From: Hypanus sabinus
Taxonomy: Eukaryota
Direction of reading: 5' to 3'
Length of the DNA: 64,000 nucleotides
Assembly (NCBI RefSeq): GCF_030144855.1
Contig: NC_082712.1
Coordinates: 136,772,001 to 136,836,000 of the forward strand
A program made the translations under genes and the position numbers. The notes under the pieces are model-generated. The model was not told the origin of the DNA. It saw only the letters and a program-made list of their open reading frames with translations, and did not search any database. Of this stretch, positions 1 to 12,300 are shown piece after piece (position 1 is the stretch's first letter; each line of letters begins with the position of its first letter).

Positions 1-229
1 CAGTAACATTTCACAATTAATTTCAGTTCAAAGATTAAACATTCGTATTTAGTAATATCAAATGAAATAAATGAAAATCTCAAAACTGTAGCAAGTTTTG
101 TGCAGCACTGGTTAACCAGAAAATTATAAAATCTAGCATAAAAGCATTAAGTTTTTATTGTGTCCCATCCCAATAATTTTAAGTTTCCTTTGAGTCAGTA
201 ACGACAAATTACTGGTACACAGACATTAC

Positions 230-346
230 CTTTGTACATGTACCGCATGTACAGAAAAATTCCTGTGCCTATTAGTAATACAGAGATAATAAGACTTGCA
301 ATGACGCTTCCAACTATTGATTTTTCGGATATTCGAATTTCTGCTT
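230..346 (-). CDS. Gene A transmembrane exon
   Basis: ttttaacag|AAGCAGAA...TACAAAG|gtaatg; 117 nt, phase 1-1; (E)AEIRISEKSIVGSVIASLIISVLLIGTGIFLYMRYMYK with about 22 hydrophobic residues followed by R/K. Not in the ORF track on this strand. Confidence 0.88.
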
Positions 347-453
347 CTGTTAAAAAGAAGTGCAAAAGAATTTACAAGATGGTCACTTCAAAGTCTTTTC
401 CGAGTAGCTGTAATCTTTTAAACACAAAGTACACTGCAGATGCTGTGGTCAAA

Positions 454-596
454 TCAAGATGTACAAAAAGTGCTGGATGAACTCAGCAGGTCAGGCAGCA
501 TCCATTGAAAGGAGCAGCCAAAGGAACAGTTGGCTGCTCCTTTCAACAGATGCTGCCCGACCTGCTGAGTTCATCTAGCTTTTTTGTACGTCTTGA
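454..596. repeat. Intronic inverted repeat (68-bp arms, 8-nt loop), Penelope-type short-repeat sequence
   Basis: 454-521 (tcaagatgtacaaaaag...ggagcagccaa) is the reverse complement of 530-596 with few mismatches; the same sequence family occurs at about 21025-21110. Confidence 0.85.
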
Positions 597-1618
597 GCTG
601 TAATCTTTTGTTGAGTATCAAGTCACTAAGAAACAATTTTGAAACATGGAATAATTTAAAGTCCATTAATAAAGAGAAATAAATAAATTTTCTTACTTTC
701 TACTTATGATTCAACTGACAACCCAAGAACATCTCTCCACCATTGCCAATTTCCACGGTATTTATAAAAGTGAAAGTACTTTGAAATCAAGTAAAATTAA
801 CTCTGTAGTTACACAATTGTCAAAAAACTTAATGCCTAATTAAAAAGGACAGTGAAGTGATGGGATGGAAGAAGCAACTGTGAGAAACTTCCCATTAAAG
901 GCACAACACTTTGGCAAAATAACTATCAACAATACACATGTATTTAAATTTACTTGCACCTGCGCAACAGTTCATGGATACATAGGCATAAAGATTCACC
1001 AAAATAATGTGTGTTAATATTCAGTTTAAACAACGCTCTAAAAGCCTTTGAAAATTTTATGTCAAAATAAATTTTCTTTAAAAAAAATCAGACCTGTTTT
1101 CCTAATAAATTTTACAACTACAACCCCAGCCCCAACCCCATTCTGGTCTCACACATGAAATAGACATGCTATTTCAAGATATCATGAGACAAATTTACTG
1201 GGTGGATAACAAAAAATATCCAAGGTTATTGTCAAAGCCTCCTTGAAAAAAAATGCAATGGCATTTTCTGGAATCTCTGCCCATGATTCTGATTCCCCAA
1301 AAGTGGAGAAAGAGCACTCTAGGTTGAAGTGTGAACCTTGAACAAGAGGATCATATGAAAATCTAATACAAATGATGGAAAAGCATATCCTCTCTCCCCC
1401 ACAGTGGAAACTACCTATCTATCCCAATAAGGCAACAAATCCCAAGTCGTCTAATGAGCTACAGAATCAGAGCCGATCCAAGAGTTCCTGGAACCCAAGA
1501 GATGGCCTAAAATAGACAGCAGCAATCCACCAAGGTTGCTCTCCAAATGGGAATTTAACTAAAAGTTCCAAGCTTCAAATTTTAATTTTTGAAAAAAAAC
1601 AAGTGTACTACAACTAAC

Positions 1619-1945
1619 CTTTCAAAGTCACTGCAGCATCCGCAGTATATGGTTCTGGAAAAGTCTTATGCGTCACGCGGCATCTGAAACTGCTGCCAAT
1701 GTCTTCTTTCTGAGGCTCAAACCGAACTTCAGCAGTTAATTTGCAAGTTCCATCAGGATTTTTGGTTGGTGGGGCAATGCATATATCTGGTAACAATTTT
1801 GTTGTACTTTGTGATGGACTTAACTTAAACCATTCTACATTGCTTTCACAAGGGTAATAGCCATCCAAATGACAACCCAAAAACATCTCTCCACCATTGC
1901 CAACTTCCACAACCTTTTTGGAAACAACAGTCACCATAGGTTGTG
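1619..1945 (-). CDS. Gene A Ig C1-set exon (extracellular)
   Basis: gttacag|CACAACCT...TTGAAAG|gttagt; 327 nt; LGCHLDGYYP, VEWF, NPDGT, FRCRVTH canonical C1 pattern. Confidence 0.92.
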
Positions 1946-2269
1946 CTGTAACACAAAAATTGTACATTAATTTTACAATGGTACTTCAACTTAAGTAGCA
2001 TCAGTTTAGCAAAGCTACTGTATACAATAAAAATGCATTCAACTGTAAGGAAATATATTGGAACATCAAACATATATGCCTGGATACACATACATGCCAC
2101 CAACAAAGACAACTGTAGAATTGAGAGGCTAAAATAAGTCTGGAGCTGAGCAATGACTTGATAGGACAAGGACAAAAGAATGAATGGGTTATATAGAAGA
2201 ACAATGCAGAAGACAGCTTAGATTAAAGCCAGCATCGTAGCTATAACTGGGTCAATAATAATTTGGACA

Positions 2270-2435
2270 CTTAACAGTAGCCAATTAATCTCCCTATCAG
2301 CATGTGACTAAGATTTGGGAGGAAACAAGAGCACTTGGAAGGATCTCTTAGTGTCACAGGGAGTACATGCAATTCCACAGGATTGAACCCAAGTCAGTGA
2401 GGCTGTGAACTGCAGCTCCACTAGATACATGCACC
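2270..2435 (-). mobile_element. Degraded tRNA-derived SINE fragment
   Basis: gaggaaacaagagcac...ggattgaacccaagtc resembles the reverse complement of a vertebrate SINE head and B-box; heavily diverged. Confidence 0.4.
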
Positions 2436-3267
2436 TTTGACAATATAAAATTTCATGACAGTGAATATGCAGGTTTTAATCTATTTCAGTTGCACACCAA
2501 AAAGAGGAATTTTTAGCACCTAATTCCATATCATGTACAAAAGCAGCTAACACTTATAGGTTACATTATCTTTACTTGAGTTGTGTAATTTCTGAATTCC
2601 GCACATCTCTTTGGAAATGCTCCCTTCCATGATTTGACACTTTTAAAGCAGAATTGATTGACACAATGAACAGTGCATTATTTGACATATTGTTGCTAAT
2701 GGGAACATTCTGATGAAAGGGCATTAGTCCAAAACATTAGTTGTTTCTTTCTTTACAAATGCTGCTTTACTGCTTCAACTTTGCTGTTTTGTGTCAGATT
2801 TCCAACATCTATATCAATGTGTTCCCATGACTGAGATCCATGACTACATTGACCTTATTTTATTTTAAACTTGAATTCATTTGAAATGCTGAATGCACAG
2901 ATTTTGAACTACTGCAAGTTTGCATTCGAAGTAACTCGATCATTTGTATAAATGTGTTGTGTAAAGATCATCAGCTTGTGAGACAGCATTTACATATAGA
3001 CCATTATGAAAAATGAGATTAGAAAACACACACATAAATTATTCTGCAAAATCAAACTAAGACATCAGCTGTCTTTCAGTTCATAGCTTCTACCTGACAT
3101 TATTTTCAAAAATTTTTGTCCTTAATTAGGATCTCCAATAAATGTAGAACTTTGCTTTCATACTAAGACAAAACATTGTTTCCAAAAATATTTTCACTAA
3201 AATACAAACTTACATATAATAAGATGCCACTGTATAATTTACAGTTACATGAAGTAAATCATCTTAC

Positions 3268-3621
3268 CTAAAACTTCAAGCTTCACTCTCACAGATTCTT
3301 TATAATCTGGTGGAATAACAACCTCACACTTGTACTCTCCACTGTGTTTCAATGTAACGTTTCTCAGCAAAAGTGCCATATTTCCATTTTGAATAGTGTT
3401 TGCAGCCAGCTCAGCTTCTTCCCAATGAGATGTTATTTGCCCATTAGAATGCATAAGGACATTTACTGCTTCAGTACCCTGACCGAAAGTCCATAAGACG
3501 CCTAAATCCTCTGGATTCAATGAGATCCCAGTCAGGTTGGCAATTTGACACTGCAGAAGTCCATTTTTGTTAAGGATTACTTCCACTGGACCTTTATTCG
3601 TTTTCAGCTGCAAATTTCCTT
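3268..3621 (-). CDS. Gene A Ig V-set exon
   Basis: tttatag|AAGGAAAT...GTTTTAG|gtaaga; 354 nt; LLQCQI, GVLWTF, GNMALLLRNV, EYKCEV canonical V-set motifs. Confidence 0.92.
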
Positions 3622-4729
3622 CTATAAATTTAAGACAAAATATAGAACAGAGTGAATTGGACAAAATTGTGCATACATTTATCTTAGCCTATATAGAAAA
3701 CATTATAGACCATTTATCCAACTATTCCAATATTTAAAATTATTATTTTTGTTATGAAATACTTGTTTTCACATCATACATCAGTCCCTAACTTCCTTAA
3801 CTCTGAGTTCCTTCCCATTGTCACATCCCAGTGATAATAAACCTGATTCTAATTCTGATTTGTACAACCAGCTAAGATTGCTGCATTCCTCACTTTCTAG
3901 AATCTTTCACTTCTCAATTATAATTCCTCCACCGCTGACAATTGTACCTTAAGCTTCCTATGACCCAAGTTTTGGAACTCCAAACATGACATCTCCTTTC
4001 TTACTTGAAGACACCTTTTAAAATGGCTTATGGCTGTTGCACAATAAAAAGACTGAGGCACTTGTCAAAGCACATTTCGTTTGCTAACACTTTTCTGTGC
4101 TGTGCCTTAAGATCCTATCTTTTTATAACTTCACTATTAATTAGGTCATCACAGTTTCTGATCCAAATCTGAACTCAGGTAAGATTCCAAAGAGTCATTG
4201 CAAATCATAAACTAAAGAAAACAGAAGAGATATGACAATGATCATTTCAGGTTATTTTCCACATTAAGGGTGTCAATGAAGTAGATGAGAGGAGGGAAAC
4301 ACAATTTGTGAGCACTGCATCTCAGTACAGCCACCACAAAGGCATTACGACGAAATACCACAGTCTAAAGTCCTGTCAAGAACACAAGAAACAGGAGTTG
4401 GAGTTGGCCACCAGTCCCCCCAAAAGTTCCCCTTTTAATATGATCTGGGCAAATCTATGCTGGCCTCAACTCTGCTCCCTTGCAAGCTTTCCATAGCCCT
4501 CATAAACTCAAATGTTTCAGACATTTACTGATCTCCACTTTATATGATCTGGCCTCCACCACCTTCTGACTTTCAGAGATTCACTTCACTCAGAAATTTC
4601 TACACACCTTAATCTGCATATCAACCTCTCCTCAGCAGACATTACCTGCACTTTTTGCTACCCTGGTAAAGCAACCAATATAACCAAAGACCCCACTCAT
4701 TCTGGATATTTTCTCTTCTTGTCCCTCCT

Positions 4730-5040
4730 ATTTGACAGAAGCTACAAGAGCCTGAAAATATGTACCAAAAGGTTCAAGGACAGCTTCTTTCAGACCAGTA
4801 CAATGAGATGGAGCCTCAATCTCACAACTGACCTCACCATGGCCTTGCGCCATATTATCTACACTGCACTTTTTTTGTAACTGTAACACTATTTTCTCCA
4901 GTCTGATATTGCTTTCCCCTTGTACTTTCTCCATGCGCTGATTTGATGTGACAAAATCTGTTGGATGGGATGCAAAGCAAAGTATTTTAGTGTACAAAGT
5001 TGTAATTCGGTACACATGACAATAATAAACCAACTTACCA
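4730..5040 (+). mobile_element. Rex1/Babar-type LINE 3' fragment
   Basis: agcctgaaaatatgtaccaaaaggttcaaggacagcttcttt resembles the Rex1 ORF C-terminus (compare 33780-33840); followed by a tgacaataataaac tail. Confidence 0.5.
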
Positions 5041-5065
5041 ACGGATCAATGTAAATAACCAACCC

Positions 5066-5733
5066 CAGACATCCCACCTCTCCCGGAAGTTCCGGGAGTC
5101 TCCCGCATATTGATAGTGGCTCCCTGACGCCCGCAAATTATATACAATATCCCAGAAATCGATTTTTTCGAGAGGTAGAGGGGGAGAGAGAGGGGGAGGG
5201 GGGACAGAGGAGGGGGGAGAGGGGGCCATCCTGATTGGTCTCTCTTCGTGCTAAGTAGACCTATCAGCTTTCTCTGTGGGCGGGCTTTACAGTCAACCTC
5301 AAAAATAATGACAGTGATGCTCGCTGCACTGTTCACAACAGTGACTTTTCTATTGCCCATGGTGGGTTAAAATGTAAAAGACATGTTGAGGTGAGTTTAA
5401 AAGGTGTCACTCGTTCATTAGCATAGCTAAGTTAGTTAAAATATCTGGCTAGCTGCTAAGGAGCAACTCTATTGATGTCCTATGTGATGAGTCCAAACTC
5501 CCTGTAGACTTGCTTAAAGTTGTAATAGAATAAAAAATGACTCCATGATAATATAAGTACATACTCTAATGTTACATTCTCTGCATATACTCAACTTGGT
5601 TTACAGATTAGACAAAATCACTGAACAAAGTATTACATACACCCTTGGAGGTCAACTAGGGAGGGGTGATATGGAGTTGCAGGGACGGGGGTGCTATCTC
5701 CCAGAAATGAGTTATTGCAGGGTGGGATGTCTG
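5066..5733. mobile_element. Non-autonomous DNA transposon (MITE) with 13-bp TIR and 6-bp TSD
   Basis: TIR cagacatcccacc (5066) / ggtgggatgtctg (ends 5733); CAACCC directly flanks both ends (5060-5065, 5734-5739). Confidence 0.8.
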
Positions 5734-5740
5734 CAACCCT

Positions 5741-8020
5741 TTATAACCATATAACCACATAACAATTACAGCATGGAAACAGGCCATCTCAGCCCTTCTA
5801 GTCCGTGCCAAACACTTACTCTCACCTAGTCCCACTGCCCTGCACTCAGCCCATAACCCTCCATTCCTTTCCTGTCCATATACCTATCCAATTTTATTAT
5901 TAAACAACAATATCGAACCTGCCTCTACCACTTCTACTGGAAACTCGTTCCACACAGCTACCACTCTCTGAGTAAAGAAGTTCCCCCTTGTGTTACCCCT
6001 AAACTTTTGCCCCTTAACTCTCAACTCATGTCCTCTTGTTTGAAACTCCCCTACCCTCAATGGAAAAAGCTTATCCACATTAACTCTATCTACCCCCTCA
6101 TAATTTTAAATATCTCTATCAAGTCCCCCCTCAACCTTCTATGCTCTAAAGAATAAAGACCTAACTTGTTCAACCTTTCTCTGTAACCTAGGTGCTGAAA
6201 CCCAGGTAACATTCTAGTAAATCTCCTCTGTACTGTACTCTCTCTATTTTGTTGACATCTTTCCTATAATTCAGTGACCAGAACTGTACACAATACTCCA
6301 AATTTGGCCTCACCAATGCCTTGTACAATTATAACATTACATCCCAACTCCTATACTCAATGCTCTGATTTATAACGGCCAGCATACCAAAAGATTTCTT
6401 CACCACCCTATCCACATGAGATTCCACCTTCAAGGAACTATGCAACATTATTCTTAGATCACTCTGTTCTACTGCATTCCTCAATGCCCTACCATTTACC
6501 ATGTATGTCCTATTTTGATTAGTCCTACCAAAATGTAGCACCTCGCACTTATCAGCATTAAACTCCATCTGCCACCTTTCAGCCCACTCTTCTAACTGGC
6601 CTAAATCTCTCTGCAAGCTTTGAAAACCTACTTCACTATCCACAACGCCACCTATCTTAGTATCATCTGCATACTCAGTAATCCAATTTACCACCCCATC
6701 ATCCAGATCATTAATGTATATGACAAACAACATTGGACCCAGTACAGATCCCTGAGGCACACCACTAGTCACTGGCCTCCAACCTGACAAACAGTTATCC
6801 ACCACTACTCTCTGGCATCTCCTATCTAGCCACTGTTGAATCATTTTACTACTTCAATATTAATACCTAACAATTGAACCTTCCTAACTAACCTTCCGTG
6901 TGGAACCTTGTCAAAGGCCTTACTGAAGTCCATATAGACAACATCCACTGCTTTACCCGGCAACTTTCCTAGTAACCGCTTCAAAAAATTCAATAAGATT
7001 TGTCAAACATGACCTTCCACACACAAATCCATGTTGACTGTTCCTAATCAGGCCCTGTCTATCCAGGTAATTATATATACCATCTCAAAGAATACTTTCC
7101 ATTAATTTATCCACCACTGATGTCAAGCTTACAGGCCGATAATTGTTAGGTTTACTCTTAGAACCCTTTTTAAACAATGGAACCACATGAGCAATATGCC
7201 AATCCTCCAGCACCACACCCATTTCTAATGACATTTGAAATATTTCTGTCAGAGCCCCTGATATTTCTACAATAACTTCCCTCAAGGTCCTAAGGAATAT
7301 CCTGTCAGGACCCGGAGACTTATCCACTTTATATTCGTTAAAAGCACCAATACTTCCTCTTCTTTAATCATCATAGTTTCCATAACTACCCTACTTGTTT
7401 CCCTTACCTTACACAATTCAATATCCTTCTCCTTAGTGAATACCAAAGAAAAGAAATAGTTCAAAATCTCCCCCATCTCTTTTGGCTCCACACATAGCTG
7501 TCCACTCTGATTTTCTAAGGGCCCTATTTTATCCCTCACTATCCTTTTGCTATTAATATAACTGTAGAAACTCTTTGGATTTATTTTCACCTTACTTGCC
7601 AAAGCAACCTCATATCTTCTTTTAGCTTTTCTAATTTCTTGCTTAAGATTCTTTTTACATTCTTTATATTCCTCGAGCACCTCATTTACTCCATGCTGCC
7701 TATATTTATTGTAGACCTCTCTGTTTTTCCTAACCAAGTTTCCATATCCCTTGAAAACCATGGCTCTGTCAAACTTTTAACCTTTCCTGTCAACCTAACA
7801 GGAACATAAAGATTCTGTACCCTAAAAACTTCACCTTTAAATCACCTCCATTTCTCTATTACATCCTTCCCATAAAACAAATTGTCCCAACCCACTCCTT
7901 CTAAATCCTTTCACATCTCCTCAAAGTTAGCCTTTCTCCAATCACAAATCTCAACCCTGGGTCCAGACCTATCATTCTCCATAATTATATTGAAACTAAT
8001 GGCATTGTGATCACTGGACC
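5741..8020 (-). mobile_element. CR1-clade LINE, 5'-truncated and degraded
   Basis: RT fragments (KSPGPD, NYRPVSLTS, SGVPQGSVLGP, YADDTK) in ORFs 6329-6844 and 7085-7761; CR1-type 3' tail near 5745. Confidence 0.9.
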
Positions 8021-8399
8021 TCTTGTATCTTGTACTTCTAACCCTTTGTCCATGCACTTCCACAAGTGGAAATACTTAACATCCACCCTGTCAAGCCCCC
8101 CCACAAGGATTTTATTCATAAATCTAAGAGCCACATTTCTTTTTTTCAAAACTATGAGGAATACAAACACAAACTGTCCAACCCCTGAGACCATTATGTG
8201 TAACAGCCCTTCAAACACTTCAAATGGTATACTGTTTTAAGAAACATGAGTGACATTGCTACTTCCTTAAAAGGAACTTTTAAGGTTGAACACAATGCAT
8301 ATGTAGAAAAAACATGTACTGATTATGGCATATTTCCTGTCTATATTTTAATAAATAATTTCTCAAAGTAAAGAAAGCTACAAAGCACAACCTAGCAGT

Positions 8400-8970
8400 G
8401 CTGATCGCTCGGTGCATTATAGATCACCTGATGATAAGATAAAATGAACTGAGAGAGGCAACTGCGCGGGTTGAAGCGCAGCATAACGAAACACGGTTCT
8501 GGGTTCCGGCTCCCCGACGCCCTGGCCTCGATTCGATGCGGCTCGGCCTAGCCGGGCCCGTCAGTAGTCTCTCTCCCTTCAGCACTCCTCCCAACCCACC
8601 CCCAGCCCAACCCGGTTTTCACCTGAAAGCGGCACCAGGACCATCAGCGCGATCACCAACACCAGCCACGATAAGCTCCCCATCCGGCCCATGACCCTCC
8701 GTCTTCTACATCGCATCGCCGGCTGGTCAGCTCTTCCTCTGGAACCTCCCTTGTGCGTTTGTTTCACTTTCGCTGCGGAGAGGGCGGAAGACAGCAGAGC
8801 CTTACGTTAAAGGGAGGTGCCAGGCCTTCTCAGGGAGATAGAGACGTCGCCTTTCCGAGAGGGGAGAAAAATTTTTTTTAAAAAACTTCTCTCAGACACA
8901 CAAGCGACCTCCTTCATCCCAGAGACTTGAGGCAGCCCCTCTCCAAAGACACGAGTGACCACTCTTTTCT
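8400..8970. promoter_or_regulatory. CpG-rich island over the first exon and promoter of gene A
   Basis: Dense CG dinucleotides (e.g. ccccgacgccctggcctcgattcgatgcggctcggcctagccgggcccg) against an AT-rich, CpG-poor background; surrounds the leader exon. Confidence 0.65.
8623..8692 (-). CDS. Gene A signal-peptide exon
   Basis: ATG 8692: MGRMGSLSWLVLVIALMVLVPLS then G|gtgaaa phase-1 donor, joining the V exon as LS-E-GNLQ. In-frame ATGs also at 8716 and 8683. Confidence 0.82.
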
Positions 8971-8975
8971 TTTCC

Positions 8976-9327
8976 AAAGAGGGGACAGGGAGGGGGGGGA
9001 GGGGGGTCGGGGGGGAGAGAGGGCGACGGGGACAGGGGGAGAGGGGACAGAGGGAGTGGGCGGGAGAGAGGGGAACAGGAGGAGGGGCGGGAGAGATGGG
9101 GATGTACAGGGGGAGAGAGAGAGGGGGACAGCGGGAGGGGGTACAGGGGATGGGGAGGTGTGGGAGAGAGGGGGAACGGAGAGAAGGGGCACAGGGGTGG
9201 GAGAGAGGGCGACAGGGGGAGGGAGAGGGGGAGAGAGAGCAGTGGACAGAGGGAGGGAGAGGGAAAGGGGAGAGTAGGGGACAGGGGAGGAAGAGGGGGA
9301 CAGGGGAGGGAGGGGGAGAGATAGAGA
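8976..9327 (+). repeat. G/A-rich polypurine low-complexity tract
   Basis: About 350 nt, almost all purine, with recurring gggacag/gggagag units. Confidence 0.9.
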
Positions 9328-12300
9328 TACATTTTGTTTTCCTGTGCATCTCTGACCCCGCTCTGTAGAGAAAGAGAGAGACAGTACCGAAAAATTTACC
9401 CTGATTCTGATCTTTATGCCAATAGACAGAGCAAGAGATTTAGATAGATCCCTGGAGGAACAACTCTTTTCCCCAAACAACAAGCATCCTGTCATGATGT
9501 TCCCCTAACAGGATACATGTTTCCTTTAGTACACCACCCACTGCACTTTCATACAGATATTCATCCTCGATTGTGACTGACTGATGAACAAGTATGCACT
9601 TCCTAAGTGGTTTCTAGCTGTGTACCAATACCAGTGATACTAAACTACCCAGCATCAACTCGTAGCTGATACCTAAGTGCACACAATTATATTTACATCT
9701 ATCTCCATGATAAGTCACAAATCACAAACCTAGGCTGTCAGCTTAATCAGTGTACTGAATCTGAAAGAATCCACGATACCATATGTATGATAAGGATTTG
9801 TTTCTCAGCCTGTGGTAGAAATGGTTGGAACTAGTGTCGGATGGGATACTTGACCATTCTGGAACAGCTGGGTTGAAGATTGCTGATGCGTGTTGAGAAT
9901 AACCTTGGATGATAAGTGCAGTACCGGGAACCCCAATTAATAAGATATAGGCCCCTGGAACCAGGAGAGAGGATGCATCTGTGGGTAAATTATGAGCCCT
10001 GATAACAGGGAACAAAGAGGACTGTTAGACTCATGCTGAGAGAACAACTGACCAATTATTGGCCAGTGGCTTTCAAGCGACTGATCACTGATTCTTGAGA
10101 ATTTGGATAAAACAGGTTTTAATTTTGAAAAGAAAAAAATTTAAATGTTAACAAATCTAAACTTAAATGTTTATTAGAACGAGGTCTCAGCAATCAAGCA
10201 ATATTTCGGTGCAACTTCCTGATTTTGTAATTTTTTCATAAAATATGTGTTTTTCCTGTCATTACTTAGATTTTGTCAACACAGTCAGACACAATAAAAA
10301 TCCAATTATTCCTATTTAATTAGTCTTATATAGATTTAGATTTAAATCACTGTGTCTGCACCATAGGTACACATATATACTGTTAAATGTTGAATATTCA
10401 CTCTTGTTCATTTTTTTATACTAATTCACGTGTACTTTAAAAGATCTTACCTCATGCAACTTTTATCATTAGCATTAAATAAACAAAATAACAATTTTGG
10501 ACACAAAATAATGTTTTTAATTTTAAAGAGACAATTACTTTAATAAATCAAATGCTTTGGAGGAACAGATTGTAGGCATATTAATTTTAAATAAAGCAAG
10601 TTCCATCTGATGGTGGTGACTGAGACCTGACGGTGGTGGCAGTAACCTAATTACAACAAACAATTCCAGCCTTTTCTCCACTCAAGTCAATGCTTCCTTG
10701 CTTAACAACTTTATTTAACAATTTGGTACAACAAATAACAATTTGTCATGTACATTTTATCCTTCTGTAAATATTAACAATGGTAAACAGCACAATAAAA
10801 ACTACAGTACAACTGCAATGTTTAAGCATAAACATCAGAAAACACACCAGGAACTAAAAAAGAATTCCATCCATTTCTGGGCTAGAAAATCTTCAAAAAC
10901 ATTCAGTCAGCTTTATCAGGAAGGAGACGATTAATATGCTCCTCCTCTATGAAGTCCATGACTTCAGCAGACAGGGAGTAGATCACCCTCGTCCTGCTTG
11001 CACAACCCAGTGATGATGGCTCCATCAGTTTGACCAGAATATCTTCAACTGGTGCGAAGCACATATCCTTTCCACCTGGTTTTGGATGGAAGCACGTGTT
11101 GGGCCCATAAGGGTGGAAAAACTTCACTGTAACATCTTGATGATGAGCATCTACAGTGACAGCCTTTGCTAGCCACCAACTTTGGCCATAAATGACTGCA
11201 AGCCAATCTCCACAATTAATGACACCAGCAGATATATCTGTTGTAGTCCCATCAGAACCATGCTGGGGTTCCTGCTCCATTTCCTCCAACAGCATTGTCA
11301 AAGGCCTTCTGCTCTTTCCCATTGTGGTAGGGCCATCATTCTCCTCAGCCTGTACCCTGGCAAGTGTATTTTCAGTCAACTGAAATGTTGTTGGGCTGAA
11401 ACACTGACACATCAGTGGCTCACTGCAGAAACATGACAATGATCTACAATAGATGCTGTTTCCCTAAGGTATGACCTGGTGGATTTTCCTCATTGCTGGC
11501 ACAGGTTTTAGTGGTTGAGAAAGGAGTGCATCATATGTCTGTATGATACCTTCAGCAATATGATAGAGCTGAGTACAGCAAAGGTTTCTCCCAGCCATCT
11601 CATGGAAGATTTTGCTTCCCTATAGCATCTGCTCTTTTTTTTTTCTAGGTGATTCTTGGTTTTTTTTAATTTCTAGTTTGCTCTCGTTGCCAACACTTTT
11701 TCAGTTTGTTCCTATATTTTATTATCCCTTGAAGTTTATTTTTCAAAGCTTTCATCTCTCTCAAGTAGCTTGCTCTTGTTTCCTTTCTTTCCCTTTCCCC
11801 TGCGAGCTGGCTCCTGTGCGGTCTGATCCCATGGACTATCTGGGGGAGTTTCTGGGCATTCTGGGCCTTTCTCATGCTCTCTTGACTCTTGCTGTCTATA
11901 TTTTTGCGTCTTTCTCTTATTCCTCTTCCCTTTCATTCAAATCACTGATAGTTTTTATCTTTCCATCCTCTACTCCCTTCTTCCATCTTTGTTTTTTCTT
12001 TCTCAGGTATTCCTTCTTTAACTCTGCCTCACTATATGTTTTCTCTGTCCACTTCTTTTGGTATTCCTTGTTTCTTCACCTTCGCTCCTCCACTGATAGC
12101 TGCTGCCTACCTAACTTCCTAAAGTACATAAAAGGAAGGTCAGAATTTAATGGAATTACTATGAAATTGTGCAAAATTACTATGAATGTAATTATGTTCA
12201 ATTTGGTGAAATTTTATAAAATGATTATGAAATGGTGCAACTAAATTCATTTATGGTTTTAGTCATTGGGGATACATATAGTAAGGAAATATTGTAGGCC

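Larger units (their letters stand above)
230..8716 (-). other. NCR3LG1: Gene A model: B7-H6/NCR3LG1-like type I membrane protein (leader-V-C1-TM), 3' part beyond the left edge of the window
   Basis: Four exons (8623-8692/8716, 3268-3621, 1619-1945, 230-346) with AG/GT boundaries and phase-1 junctions join into one open frame. V+C1 pair has B7-H6-type motifs (GNMALLLRNVTLKHSGEYKCEVVIPP; GYYP...W...KNPDGT). Family-level assignment; orthology not established. Confidence 0.8.

Noticed and set aside
232-480. Plus-strand 82-aa ORF
   Set aside because: It is the antisense shadow of the gene A TM exon and intron.
8807-9495. Several long Pro/Ser/Leu-rich or Gly/Arg/Glu-rich ORFs on both strands
   Set aside because: They are by-products of the stop-poor polypurine tract.
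9743-10015. 90-aa minus-strand ORF upstream of gene A
   Set aside because: No Ig or other motif, no convincing splice sites, and no link to either gene.
11612-12244. 210-aa very hydrophobic ORF resembling a membrane protein
   Set aside because: It is antisense to the Lys/Arg/Glu-rich transposase N-terminus, which explains its Phe/Leu/Ser bias.
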